Assembly: GCF_009914755.1 (NCBI RefSeq)
Contig: NC_060926.1
From: the human T2T-CHM13v2.0 reference genome, Homo sapiens
Length of the DNA stretch: 64,000 nt
Strand: one strand, 5' to 3'
The stretch's first letter is position 1; every line of letters starts with the position of its first letter. This document shows, piece after piece, positions 32,163 to 44,520 of the stretch. Below the pieces are notes generated by a model that worked only from the letters and a program-made list of their open reading frames with translations, did no database searches and was not told the DNA's origin. The position numbers were made by a program, and so were the translations under genes.

Positions 32163-32632
32163 TGTATTTTTTTCTTATCATTGCTATAGTAAACCACAAG
32201 CCTGGTGACTTGAAACACAAATTTGTTACCTTATATTTCTAGAGGTCAGAAGGCTAAAATGAGTCTTGCGGGGTTAAAGTCTAGTTGTTAGCAGAGCTGT
32301 ATTCCTCCTTGAGGCTCTAGAAGATAATCTGTTCTTGCCTTTTTCAGCTTCCAGAGGTTGCCTACATTCCTTGGCTCATGGCCATACCAATGCAGCCTCA
32401 GCTTCCTTCATCATATCTCCTTCTCTGACTCCTTCTCTGACTTTGACACTTTTGCCTCTCTCTTAGGATCTTTCTAATTATATTCTGCCCACTTTCATAA
32501 TCCAGGATAATCTTCCCATCTGATCACTGTTTATCATGTATGCAATGATCCCTTTCCCACTTTAGCTAACATATTAACAGGTTTTGGGAAATAGGTTGTG
32601 AACATCTTTGTGGAGTCACTGTTCTGCCTACA
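32163..32632 (-). mobile_element. MLT1D/E-type MaLR LTR
   Basis: CCACAAGCCTGGTGACTTGAAACAC...TCTAGAGGTCAGAAG...CATTCCTTGGCTCATGGCC...ATAATCCAGGATAATCT...TTCTGCCTACA. Confidence 0.75.
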
Positions 32633-33431
32633 AACTGTATGAAAAACATTTCAGTTAATTTTCACAACCTGATTCAATAGGTGCTATACCATGACAGTGC
32701 TGAGGCTTAGAATGTGCTAGTGATTTCCCCAGTCCCCAGCAGAGCAGATTCATATCCAGAGATCATATTAAGAATCTTTATGTTTATGTATTTTGCCATC
32801 TCTGCCAATTGATATTCAATGCCCACAACAGATCTTAAAGTCTGCCATGATTTTATAAAATACATTTAGATAATGAACTATTAGCATTACATCCATTTGG
32901 GCTTCTATTACCCAGAAAACACAAACCTTTGAAACTTAAACCAAAACAACTATTAATATTCTACAAAATTTGTGATTTGAAGTGAGTAATACAGATTTGA
33001 ATAAATTAATGTGTACATATAAGATTGAACTTATGTATATAAAACCAACAAAGAACAGAGGTGTATGTATATGTATATACACAATTATATTTATGTTTAA
33101 AATCATTTATCAATAACTAGTAAAACCAAATGATTTATCTTTAAATTTTAATGCACTACAATTTTACATAAACACAGGAGAAGACAAATATCATTTTTTT
33201 TGTATTTCAGAAAACATTATTTTATTAAGGTAAGCAACTTTGAATCATCTATTAGACAAAATAATAATAATAAGCCCAGGTAATGCCTGCTTATGAAGTC
33301 TGGCCTGTACTAGAACATTATATAATGTATACTGTATACGTAGTATACATTCAAAATATTTTAACATTAAATGCTGATTATTTTGCTGTTTTTCTTCATA
33401 TGAAGTCTTACAAAACTATCATTGCCACTTA

Positions 33432-33995
33432 CTGCAGCCCTCACCTTTCCAGTTTTACTGTCTGTGCTTTTAGTTACCCATTGTCAACTGTGGTCTGAAA
33501 ATAGTAAATGGAAAATTTAAGAAATAAACAATTCATAAGTTTTAGATTGTTTGCTGTTCTGAGTGGTGTGATGGAATCTCATGCTCTTCCATACCATCCT
33601 GCCCAGGATGTGAATCCAGATGTTCCCTGGCTGTTAGTCAGTAGCCATCTCAGTTGTCATCAGTTTGGCTGTGGGTATCGCAATGCTTGTGTTCAAGTAA
33701 CCCTTATTTTATTTAATAATGGCTCCAGAGCACAAAAGTAATGATTCTGGTAATTTGGATATGCCAAAGGGCAGTCATAAAGTGCTTCCTTTAAATGAAA
33801 AGGTGAAAGTTTTTGACTTAATAAGGAAAGAAAAAAAAGTACGCTGAGGTTGCTAAAACTCTATGGTAAAAAATATTTTATCTGTGAAATTGTGAAATTT
33901 GTGCATATTATATACAGGATTTGGTACTCTCTGTGCTTCCAGACATCAATTGGGGGTCTTGAAATATCTCCCCTGCAGATAGTGGAGGACTACTG
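33432..33995 (+). mobile_element. MER44-type (Tigger7) DNA transposon
   Basis: TAGTTACCC...TCAACTGTGGTCTGAAAATAG...AAATAAACAATTCATAAGTTTT; ends GGGGGTCTTGAA...GGAGGACTACTG followed by TA. Confidence 0.8.
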
Positions 33996-34501
33996 TATGT
34001 TCAAATTTAAAGATGTGAAAAGTTTTTCACATATTATGTTATTCCATACCCCTCAAATGTACTGCTGCCTTCTGAAATTGACAGACATAAAGTGAACGTT
34101 AAAAGATACATGATAACATTAAGTTAAATAATATAAAGTAGGTCATATGTTTACAGACAAGAACACTACAAGAAAAGGAGTATTTCCTGAAAATTGAATA
34201 GTGCTTTATAAGTAAAAAATTTCTACCTAATGAAATCTTGTTTTAAGCTGTAACAAAAATCATACACACATACATAGGTGACCTGACTTTTGTTTAATAC
34301 TTACACAAGATACAGAGTTGCATAACTTATATCAGTAAAGATCAATCAAATGTTGTGATTAATGTATAATGTAATGCAATATGTAAAGTGTGTTCCTTCA
34401 GGCTGTTTTCTAGGAACTCTTTGGAAAAAAACTTTCCTCTATTTGTCTGGGATTTATAAAATATATAATAGAAAACTATTATATATTATTTGATTTTGAA
34501 G

Positions 34502-35690
34502 TGTATTCCAATTATCGATTGGTGCATGAGGAAATATTTCCAAACTGACTAGCTTAAAATAATGTATTATTATTACCTATGCTTCTCCAGGTTGGCTTGG
34601 CTCAGCAGGGAATATTCCTGCTCAAAATCTTTCATGGTGCTACAGTGAGTTGGTGGCTTGGGCTGAAGCTTTCTCAACTCTTCTTCACTCATATTTCTTT
34701 ACCCTGAGCTGAAATGGCTGGAACAGCAGGAGTGTGGTTGAGCATGGAGACATGTACTCTTATTTAAAAACCAGTATGTGATTTTTCAGGCTTTGTCAAT
34801 TACAAAAGCTTTACCTGGAGGGCCTCAGTGGGACAAGCTGCCCTCCCACACAACACTTGAACCACAACCAGCACAGGAGTCAAGATCTCAGACTCTTCTT
34901 CAGGCACCTCAGATCCTCTGCAGGCACCTCTGCTTGGTGTTTCTTGCAGCGGGGAGGAGTGAGAAAACTTGAAAGCACTTTTTCCTACTCTAAGTCTACT
35001 TCTAGCCCTCTCTCCTCATTCTTCCCCCTACTTCATGGTCTATGAAACTGCTGGAGGTTTTTTCTTGTGGCCCCCTTAACAGTGAGATGACACCTATGTC
35101 TGCAGTGTTCCACCGGACTTTTGACCAGTGCATTGTTTCACAGAGGAAATGAAACTGGAGAGACAATGCTTTCTTCAGTTTTAGCCTTTTGTCTTCTATC
35201 ATTGCAGTAAGTGATTAAATAACTTCTTCATTTTTGACTTTCTGCTTTAATTGGCGACTTAAACATCTGGCAGCTCGGCTTTCTTCCAGTTTAGCTGATC
35301 TTCTGAGAAGCATTGCTCTTTTTCTGTGTGTGTGTGTGTGTGTGTGTTTGTGTGCAGACAGACAATGTTTGTATATATACACACATATATACATATAGTC
35401 TGTCCACATACTTAGATTGGTAAGACCAAACTTACATTGTGGTCAGCTCAAAATGGTTGAAAGTCTTAGATTTCTCAGGATCCCAACAGAGTGTGTTGCA
35501 ACAGATAGGAAGAACTGACAGAATCTTGAGACCTGGTCTTCAAAACAAAACAGGCACAGCATCACTTCTAACATGTTCTTTCTAATTGGTTGAGCATTGA
35601 AGAATTCACTCTGATTCAAAGAGAGGGATACCGACCTGTCTTTTGGGAAAAGAACTATCAGTGAGTTTGAGGCTGTCTTGAATCTGATAT
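34502..35690 (-). mobile_element. Old MLT1 (H-like) LTR split by a nested insertion and a TG microsatellite
   Basis: MLT1-like sequence at 34502-34745 and ~35314-35690 (GGCACAGCATCACTTCT...ATTGGTT...GATTCAAAGAGAGGG). Confidence 0.6.
34746..35308 (+). mobile_element. Probable ancient ERVL-type solo LTR, 563 bp
   Basis: Flanked by 5-bp direct repeat AGCAT (34741-34745, 35309-35313); ATTAAA poly(A)-like signal at ~35214. Family not identified. Confidence 0.5.
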
Positions 35691-36220
35691 CCTTTGAAAG
35701 TTTGTTTTTCACTTTACTTTGAGTTATCAGTAGAACAGTCAGCTGCTGTTAGGAGGAATAATGCTAAAGAACAAGGCAGAAGAACCTATGACAGGCTTTT
35801 CATATTTCCAAAAAAGCGTTATAAAATTGTATTTTAGAAATGTTCAAATGAGGTTAAAGTTAATCACTACAATGAATTATATACATGACCAGACCCATCT
35901 CAACTCTCAGCATTTTATGTAAGTAAAATCAAAGTAATCAATATGCTTGTATAAATGTTTGAAATAAATGTTTTATATTTAAGTTTCCTTTTGATCACAA
36001 GGTATAAAGACATAGTCCATTTGGTTAATTTTATCCTACTTATTTAATGTATTCTAGCGCTTATAACAGTTCCTGGCCCATGAGTATATGCTAAATAAAT
36101 GTTTAGATGAGTAAATACAGTATTACTTGAGACTATTATATTAAAGTCCTAGAATTTATTTATTAACATTTATACATTCTAACCACTTGTACAAATAGTA
36201 AAATAGTAAAATAATAGTCT

Positions 36221-36336
36221 CTTTCAATAACTTAGAAAAAGCATAAAATATTTACATACAATCCACATATTAAAATATAAGAAACAAAAGATACTGCGAG
36301 AAGCATAGAATAAAACAAAATAACTTGGAATATACT
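36221..36336. repeat. Left arm of a 116-bp inverted repeat
   Basis: Reverse complement of 37758-37873; 109/116 identical by manual alignment. Confidence 0.92.
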
Positions 36337-36686
36337 TTACAGCATAAATGAATACTGGGAACTACAACAAAACTATATGTAATTTTAAAAAGCCTTGTCA
36401 ATGTCATGTACCACCCCATTGACAATAGATATATCATAAGCTTACAGGAATATTTAAGGTAAAATAAAATGTCCCCATATTCATACATCTTTGAAGATGA
36501 GGAATTACTAAAAAGTAAAAATTTAATATCTTCAGGACAAATAGTTTCAATCACCAAAACAAAGGCAATCTCCAACTATTGACTTTGTAACTAACTGGAA
36601 ACTTGTATTTTTATACTTATATAATAGATCATACTCATAATCAGATTTCTTCATGTTTATTCTTCCCTCATATTTATAGTTAAATG

Positions 36687-36717
36687 CTTTGGTAACTAAC
36701 TAAATTAGTTACCAAAG
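36687..36717. other. Perfect hairpin/cruciform (13-bp stem, 5-nt loop)
   Basis: CTTTGGTAACTAA-CTAAA-TTAGTTACCAAAG. Confidence 0.9.
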
Positions 36718-37757
36718 TTCTTATTACTTCATGGGCAGAAGTCCATTACTTTCTATAATGAAACTTCTGTATTTTCGCTATTTTCTTCCTTTTTTATCTC
36801 TAGCACTGACACTCTGCTTTCCTGCATAATACCTTATGGCTTGAGATTCTTCATGATTCCAAGTTCTTCATGATTTCAGCTTTCTGTCATAGATGTCTTT
36901 ATGTCTCTCAGCTTCAATGCACTCTAACTTGTATTGCCTTTTATCTTCTTTTACACATTAAATCTTACTACTTATGACAGAACATCCCTCTTAGAGCATT
37001 TAACCCATGTTACCTTATAGTCTACCAGACAGGTTAGACAGAGATAGATGTTATTTGAATTATTGTAATCTGTGCAGCACAGCAACATGGCCATTTCCCT
37101 TTAGATAGTTGCTCCAGGCATGTCAGGCATTCAATAAATTCTGCTCTAATATGTGGGCAGTACTATTTCCAGAAAATATAAGCCACAAGAAAAAGAGGCG
37201 TTGCAAATAAAGGAATGTGTGATTATAATCACAAATCTTAGGCATATATTATGTCAGATACTTTATAAATCATTAAAGTACAATAATAACAATAGTACAA
37301 AAAGGGGAAATAGAGGTATATTATGTTATAAGTAAATACAAGAATGAAATTATCTGACTAATCAAGAACATATTGGACATAAATGAAAAGAATTAGTGAA
37401 CTCAGATATAAGAGGAGGAAAATGGCCACGGAACCATGCAGAGATAAAAACCAAGAAAAAGACATAAAAGAACATAAGAAATAACAGGAATAGATTAAAA
37501 TTTATCTAACAGTCTTATAATTTGGATCCCAGAAAAAAATGAATACAGAATATTATAGAAGCAACATTCAAAGAGAAAAAGGAAAGAATATTCAAATATC
37601 TGATTGAAGACAGTAAATCATATGTTTAAAAACTATTATAAACACCAAGCAGGAATGAAAACTACATCTAGGCACAGAGTACAAAATTGCTGAAAACTGA
37701 AAACATAGAAAAATTCTTAAAATCATACAGTGTAAAAGGGAAAGAGGATATTAAAAG

Positions 37758-37873
37758 AGTATATTCCAAGTTATTTTGTTTTATTCTATGCTTCTTGCAG
37801 TATCTTTTGTTTCTTATATTTTAATATGTGGCTTATATGTAAATATTTTATAATTTTTCTAATTTATTTAAAG
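37758..37873. repeat. Right arm of the 116-bp inverted repeat
   Basis: Reverse complement of 36221-36336; directly abuts an L1MA 3' tail. Confidence 0.92.
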
Positions 37874-38190
37874 TTATGTTATTTATCTTCTCTATTTTTG
37901 TTGATATATAATAGTTTTACACATTTTGAGGGTACGTGTGATAATTTGATATATCCATATAATGTGTAAATGTCAAATCAGGCTTATTAGGGGTATTCAT
38001 TACTTTAATGTTTGAATTAAATGTTTATCTTTAATTACTTTAAATGTTTATCTTTTCTTCATGCAGTGAACATTCAAATTTGTTTTTTCTAGCTAGTTGG
38101 AAATTTACAATACATGACTGTTAACTACAGTAGCTCTATTGATCCATTGAACCCTAGGTCTTATTTGATCTACCTGACTCATTGTATCTA
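37874..38190 (-). mobile_element. L1MA 3' end fragment
   Basis: TTGATATATAATAGTTTTACACATTTTGAGGGTACGTGTGATA...ATAATGTGTAAATG..AAATCAGG...TTAACTACAG. Confidence 0.75.
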
Positions 38191-39397
38191 TTACTTTCTA
38201 TAAAGTAATGATATGACTGACAGATAGCTTTTCAAATAACAGATTGATATACTCAGGAAAAAAACTGGGAATCGAATTCCATACAGTGGAAAATCCATGT
38301 CAAAAAAAAAGGTAAAATAATTTTTTGTTTTAGAAAAAATATGATTTGTTAGAAAATTCTCAGTAAAAATGTACTGAGAAAATACTACTAAATGAGATCT
38401 AGGAAAAGCAAGAAGAAATAAATGACAATTAAAATGTTAACTAATTCAGTCAATTTAAATGAATATTAACTTGAAAACATTATGTCTGGGGAGTATTTGA
38501 ATATATACCTATATATGTAATTAAAGTACATTTAAACAGCAGCAGAAAATATCTGAAGGATATGAAGTGAATGATCTAAAGTCCTTGAATTTTATAGGAA
38601 GTATTAAATGTAATACATTAAACTTTGGCAAAGCAAGAACTTTTGTTTTAAAGTTTCTCATAAGGAAAACTCTAGGCCCAAATAACTTCAGTGATTTCTA
38701 TAAACATTTAATTTAAAGAATTGTATTCATACAGAAAATATTGTAACAAATAAAAACATTTCTTAATTAAAAGAAGAGAAGGATAATACAAGGATAAAAC
38801 AAGACAAAACATAAAAAGTTATAGGTTAATCTCTCTAAGAACATATCCATAGGAGTGCCAAATTAGAGTATGCAAAATATTAGAGTATGCATAATTAGAG
38901 TATACAAAATATTAGAGTATGTAAAATTTGAACCAAAATTAAGGGTAATTTATCACACCCAAGTTAAGTTTATACCAGAATGTAAGATTTATTTAAAATT
39001 TACTTCAATTTGTGGCTACAACACACAGGAAATAGTAAAACTGTCAATTTAAATAGATGTGAAACAGAAAAACAAAACACCCCTTACTAAATGTGGAATA
39101 GAATCTGATAAAATAATTTTGAAGTGAACCTTTAATTTAACATTAAAACATTACATTTAATGGTGAAAGCTTTTCTTATATGAATAATAAGATAAAGATA
39201 GCAGTTATCATCATTTTTCTATAATATTTACTGAATATTTCAAAACAGAAAAAGGCAAGAAAAATAAAAACACACAATGAAATTTGAAAGAAAAAAGTAA
39301 AAGTGTCAATATTCCCAAACCGCAAAGATAAAAAAAGTGTTTAGATTTTAGTAAGGTGGCTTGATATAATAGTATCATACAAAGTAACTGCATTTCT

Positions 39398-39502
39398 CAA
39401 TGGGTTGACAGGTGCAGCAAACCACCATGACACATGTATACCTATGTAACAAACCTGCACATTCAGCACATGTATCCCAGAACTTAAAGCAAAAAAAAAA
39501 AA
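39398..39502 (+). mobile_element. Very short L1PA (PA8-10-like) 3' end with A tail
   Basis: ATGGGTTGACAGGTGCAGCAAACCACCATG...CATGTATCCCAGAACTTAAAG plus A12. Confidence 0.85.
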
Positions 39503-40544
39503 GTTAGAAAATAAAAATTTTGAAGTACTATTTATCTATGGCATCAAAAATATTAAATACTGAGCCTAAATATTATGAAAAATATGCAAGAACCGTATAC
39601 TGAAAATTTATACACCATGATTAAGAAAAATTAATGTATATCTAAATAAATAAAAAATAGGTAACTTTCTTGGATTGGAACATCTAAGTTTAAAGATGCC
39701 AGTTCTCCCCAAATTCATCTATAAATTCAATCTAAAAACAAGTCAGCAAGATTTTGTTTTCTGTTCTTAGCAATTGACACTTTGTAAATATGCAAAGGAG
39801 CAAGACATCCAACTCAATGTTAACAAAGAGCAAAATAGGACAAATTACCAAATAATAAGACTTCTATGGCTATGTAGCAACTAAGTGAGTGTGACATTGG
39901 TGCCAGTACAGAAAAGCAGATCAGGGAAACAGAAGAGGATAAGGAGGAAGAGGAAATAATTCAATTTTTCATCTTTTTTGAGGTATAGGATATAGATACT
40001 GATTAACTAATCATCTTGATTAAAACTAAACAAAAGCAACACAAAATCTTAAATATAAATTTGTAGGCTGAAGAATCAAGCTTTGAGTTTCATTCTAAAA
40101 ATTATTAAAGATAAAGAACTTATCACATAATTTTACTGAAAATTTCAGAATAGATTTACAAAAGAAATAGACTAGTCATTATGAAGTTTGTAACCTGTCT
40201 AACTTCTGTAGGCAAATGACCTTTTGTGGTGATTTGAAAGCCTGGCTGTGGTTTAAACATTATCCTAATTTTAGGTTTGTAGCTCAATCAGCAAAGATTT
40301 TAAAAGCTTTGCCAGTCCTCTGATCTCTACTTGAGATTGACTACTTTGTGTAATAATCTTAAGGAGTCATGCATTTTTGCACGATGGGCCAAATCCTGAT
40401 TTTGTTTTCAGCTTCTTAAACCTCAAGATCATTAGTAGACAAAAATGTAAATATTCTAGGACTATATTTTATGTATTTGAAATGCATTTAATATGTAAGA
40501 TTGTATTGTGCTCAAAGTTGTCATTTTATCCTGAGATAATTTTT

Positions 40545-40851
<307 letters not shown>

Positions 40852-41236
40852 CCTGAGATAATTTTTACAAACTTTTCTTTATACATGGAGAAGACGGTCT
40901 ATGAATTATATTTTATATCAAGAAAATTTTCACTTTTTTTCTTTAGAAGTCTAAATTACAGCTCTAGAGTGACAATTTGATCCCATGTGCAGTTTAAAGC
41001 CAATGTCAGCCCAGTGTTACATCCAAAAAAAAAAAAAATTAAAGTCTTAGTCCACAGGTATTGAAAAGTATTATAGGTCTTAGGAAGCTGATTAAGAGAT
41101 TGTTTTTTTCATACAACATATAGCAAACTCCCTAAAATCCTCTTTACCCATCTGTCCTCAAAGCCTATTTATCAGGGAAGTTGTTCATCCTGTTTTTGCT
41201 TTCCCATGTTTTAGAAAGGAAGCCAAAGTAGCCAAA

Positions 41237-41237
<1 letters not shown>

Positions 41238-41283
<46 letters not shown>
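41238..41283. repeat. (CA)n microsatellite, ~23 units
   Basis: Perfect CA run. Confidence 0.95.
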
Positions 41284-41287
<4 letters not shown>

Positions 41288-41297
41288 TATCATTTGG

Positions 41298-41640
41298 TGT
41301 TGCACCCTGTGATTCTGATTCACCACCCAGATCCCCTTCAACAAAGTACCTGCTGTCTCACTTGCTGGGAATTCTGTCGGTAGACATCTTCAGCTGAGCT
41401 CCTGCAGCAACTATCTAAGCTGCCTCTGGTCCAAGATTGTACTCTTTTTCAGGGTATTCCACTTCCAACAACTGATGAACTAAGGAAGTATGAAGGCCTG
41501 GCCATCTCTGCCACACTTGGGACACCTCTTCAGGGCCATTCCAGCTCCAGAGCTCCCCATGGAATTGGCCAAAACAGTTTTTGGGCTTCCATCACAGCTC
41601 AAATTCTCCCTGTGCTCCATCTTTTCTCTCCCACAGGGCT
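41298..41640 (+). mobile_element. LTR16-type ERVL LTR
   Basis: CCCAGATCCCCTTCA...AAGGCCTGGCCATCTCTGCC...GGGCCATTCCAGCTCCAGAGCTCCCCATGG...CATCACAGCTCAA. Confidence 0.7.
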
Positions 41641-43305
41641 CTAAATAAGGGTTTTATCTAATATCTGCATAAAATTCATTTATAGTAAATTTTAATATAA
41701 TAGTTTATTAAAATTATATTTTAAGTACATAGGAGTTATGAAATTAAAACTGTTGCCTATTCTACCTCTATTACATCAGTAAATAAAAAAAATCCTAAAA
41801 ACACAGGAAAAAGAATGATATGCAGTAGACTTAATCCTATTTTTTAAAATTATCAAGTCAATGATATTTTGTTTTTTTATTGTGTCATTTTACAATTTCA
41901 GATATTTAAGGTGGAAAGTGCATGTAGAATCTGAAGTATCATCACTTTACCCTTCAAGAAATCAGAGATAACAGCATCCTTCACTTGAAACGTGATGATA
42001 TACTTAAATTTTAGAAAGTAACTTCAATGAATGTTGGATAAACTGTGTCCTATATTTGCTGCAGTATTAAATAACCCATATTTTGAAAAGCCTAACCCAT
42101 GGCTTATGCTTTAAAATTTATAATAATTCTAACCTTAAAGTGTATCTTACTCACAGAGTATTGTTAGATTATATAAAAATTCTATTAATTTTGGGGTCTC
42201 CTATGTATTAGTATCTGTGATCAACTTAATACCCCCAAACTGATTTATCTATAAATGCTTTCAAATATATATATCACGTCGTAACAGAAACTTAGGAGTT
42301 TATCAAAATAATTTATGGATCCAAAAGTGCATTCAAAACTAAAATATTTTTAAATTAGTAAATTGAGAATTAGAAGGGTAGAATTGATGAAGACATACAA
42401 TATAACATTTTTCGGAGGATACAGATTTCTAAAATTTCATTTTAGATCAACTTTTCATAGAAAGATGTTCCACTGCAATTTCAAATGTGGTACTTCACTC
42501 AATGTATAGAATAAAAGGCTTTAAATTAAAATACTACCTCTTTCTTTAACTTCCAAGATCACTTATTGCAGGCTTTTCAGAATGTTCCTTAGAGAATACC
42601 TCTCTTGCTGCTAAATATATTTTATTTAACTTGCCCTTCAATAGGATACAGACACAAGATGGTCCTTTTGCAATAACTGTATAGATCTTTACTGATTATT
42701 TATTTTGAATAAGGTGCTGTGAAATTTTGAATGTTGTATATCAACAAAGAAATGGTTAAATTACAGAAAAATGCTTAATATACGTGTAAGAGATATGTCT
42801 CAAATTAGGGTATGTTTAACGATAGGGCCAAATGCAAACTTGCAATAGGTAAATGTGCAGAGTCCACTTATTGCCTTGGGCCCCAGGGTCTCCAGCTTTT
42901 TGTGGTCTCTGGATGCTGTTGGGTTTCTGCCACATTATGGATAAATTACAGTTCTCACATAAGAACATTCTCATTATGTTATAAGAAGCACAAAGGCTGG
43001 CAAACTTCTGGGGCAATGTGAGTCCAGCTTTGAGAAGAGAAGAGTCATAACCAGTCAGAGTGTGACCCTAAAAAAGCAAAAGGATAGATATGGCACTCAC
43101 CCAGAACAATCAGACCTGGGCAAACATTAGGAGAAACTGACTGCAAATTTCAGGATCCTTTAAAAGAACTATCTGTGCTCTAAGGTCAATATTTAATATC
43201 TTCTTCATCCTTAATTGGATTTTGTGCAAGATTAGTAGATTTTGGGGGACTGGACAGTTGATGAAAATAAGAATTCAGTTCAGGACTGTTTATATATGAT
43301 GACAA

Positions 43306-43593
43306 GCAGTTTGGGAGGCTGTGACTGGAGGATTTCTTGAGCCCAGAAGTTCCAGACCAGTGTGGGCAACATGCAACATGGTGAGACCCCATTTCTACAT
43401 TTAAAAAAATCAGCAGGGTGTGGTGTGCACCCATGGTGTCAGCTACTTAGGAGGCTGAGGTGAGAAGATTGCTTAGGCCCAGGAGGTTGAGGCTGCAGTA
43501 AGCTGTGTTCGTACCACTGCACTACAGCCTCAGTGACAGAGTGAGACCTTGTCTCAAAAAACAAACAAACAAAAAACAAACAAACAAAAAAAC
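43306..43593 (+). mobile_element. AluJ, 5'-truncated, with (CAAA)n tail
   Basis: TTGGGAGGCTG...GAGCCCAGAAGTTCCAGACC...GATTGCTT...GAGGCTGCAGT. Confidence 0.85.
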
Positions 43594-43842
43594 AGTGACA
43601 GAGATGAACGTGCGGGATGAGACTTCTGTAAACTTTAGTATTCTTAAATAAAATATATTCCCTTCTTGAGTTGTTGCTTATAGGTTATGTGGATGGTCAG
43701 CTGGTGAGTTAGCAAATAAGACTATCATGTTAGTATTAATTAAGGACTTGCAGCCAAACTGCCTAGATTAGAATCTTTAAGTGCTTAATAGCTTGGGCAA
43801 GGTATTTAACTTCCTGCGTTTGTTTGTGTGTTAATAACACTT

Positions 43843-44169
43843 AGTATATGCTGAATGTTTTTGTCCTTGCCAAATTCATATATTGATGCCCTGACTACCA
43901 ATGTGATGGTATTTTAAGTGGAGGCTTTGGGAGGTAACTCGGATGACCTCATGAGGGTAGGGCTCTTATAAAAAGAGACACCATAGAACTTGTTTCTTCT
44001 CTCTTCATCGTGTGAGGGGACGTAGAGAAGGTAGCCAGCTACAAGCTAGGAAAAAGGCCCTCACTGGGAAACAGATATGCTGGCACCTTGATCTTGGACT
44101 TCCCATCCTCCCAAACAGAAATAAACTTCCGTTGTTTAAGTTTTTGTTACAGCAACTCAAGCTAAGACA
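43843..44169 (+). mobile_element. MLT1A-type MaLR LTR
   Basis: CTGAATGTTT...AAATTCATATATTGA...GCTGGCACCTTGATCTTGGACTTCCC...GCTAAGACA. Confidence 0.8.
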
Positions 44170-44520
44170 ATGCCTATAAGACAGATACTTGAATGCAGAA
44201 AGTTTACTGCGATCAATTCTCCCTTGGGGCAGTGAAGAAAGTAGGCTTGGACATGGTGAGAAGTTAAATTGTGCAGTTGCATAGGCCTCAACCAAGGAAT
44301 TCTGAATTTGCCTGTCCCACCAGTATTGTCATGGTTTGAAGCAAAATATTCAAGCTTTGTCTGCTCCTCACAAGCTGGCATCATTGGATATAGGATAACA
44401 AGGACAGAAGAAAGGGTGGTGAACTTGGGCAGTGAAGTCAGCCCTCCAAACAGCTTAATAAATAAGAGCTTCCAATCTGGGAAGGGACCCCTCTGAGTAG
44501 CATACTAGAGCACCCACTGC
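44170..44520 (-). mobile_element. Ancient ERVL LTR fragment (LTR16-like)
   Basis: GAGAAGTTAAATTGTGCAGTTGC...CATTGGATATAGG...GAACTTGGGCAG. Weak similarity only. Confidence 0.4.

Larger units (their letters stand above)
37350..39935 (+). mobile_element. Very old L1M (ME-like) ORF1/ORF2 fragments, interrupted
   Basis: AGAATTAGTGAACT, CACCAAGCAGG...ACATCTAGGCAC, AAAACTCTAGGCCCA, GCCAGTTCTCCCCAAATTCATCTATAAATTCAA. Confidence 0.65.
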
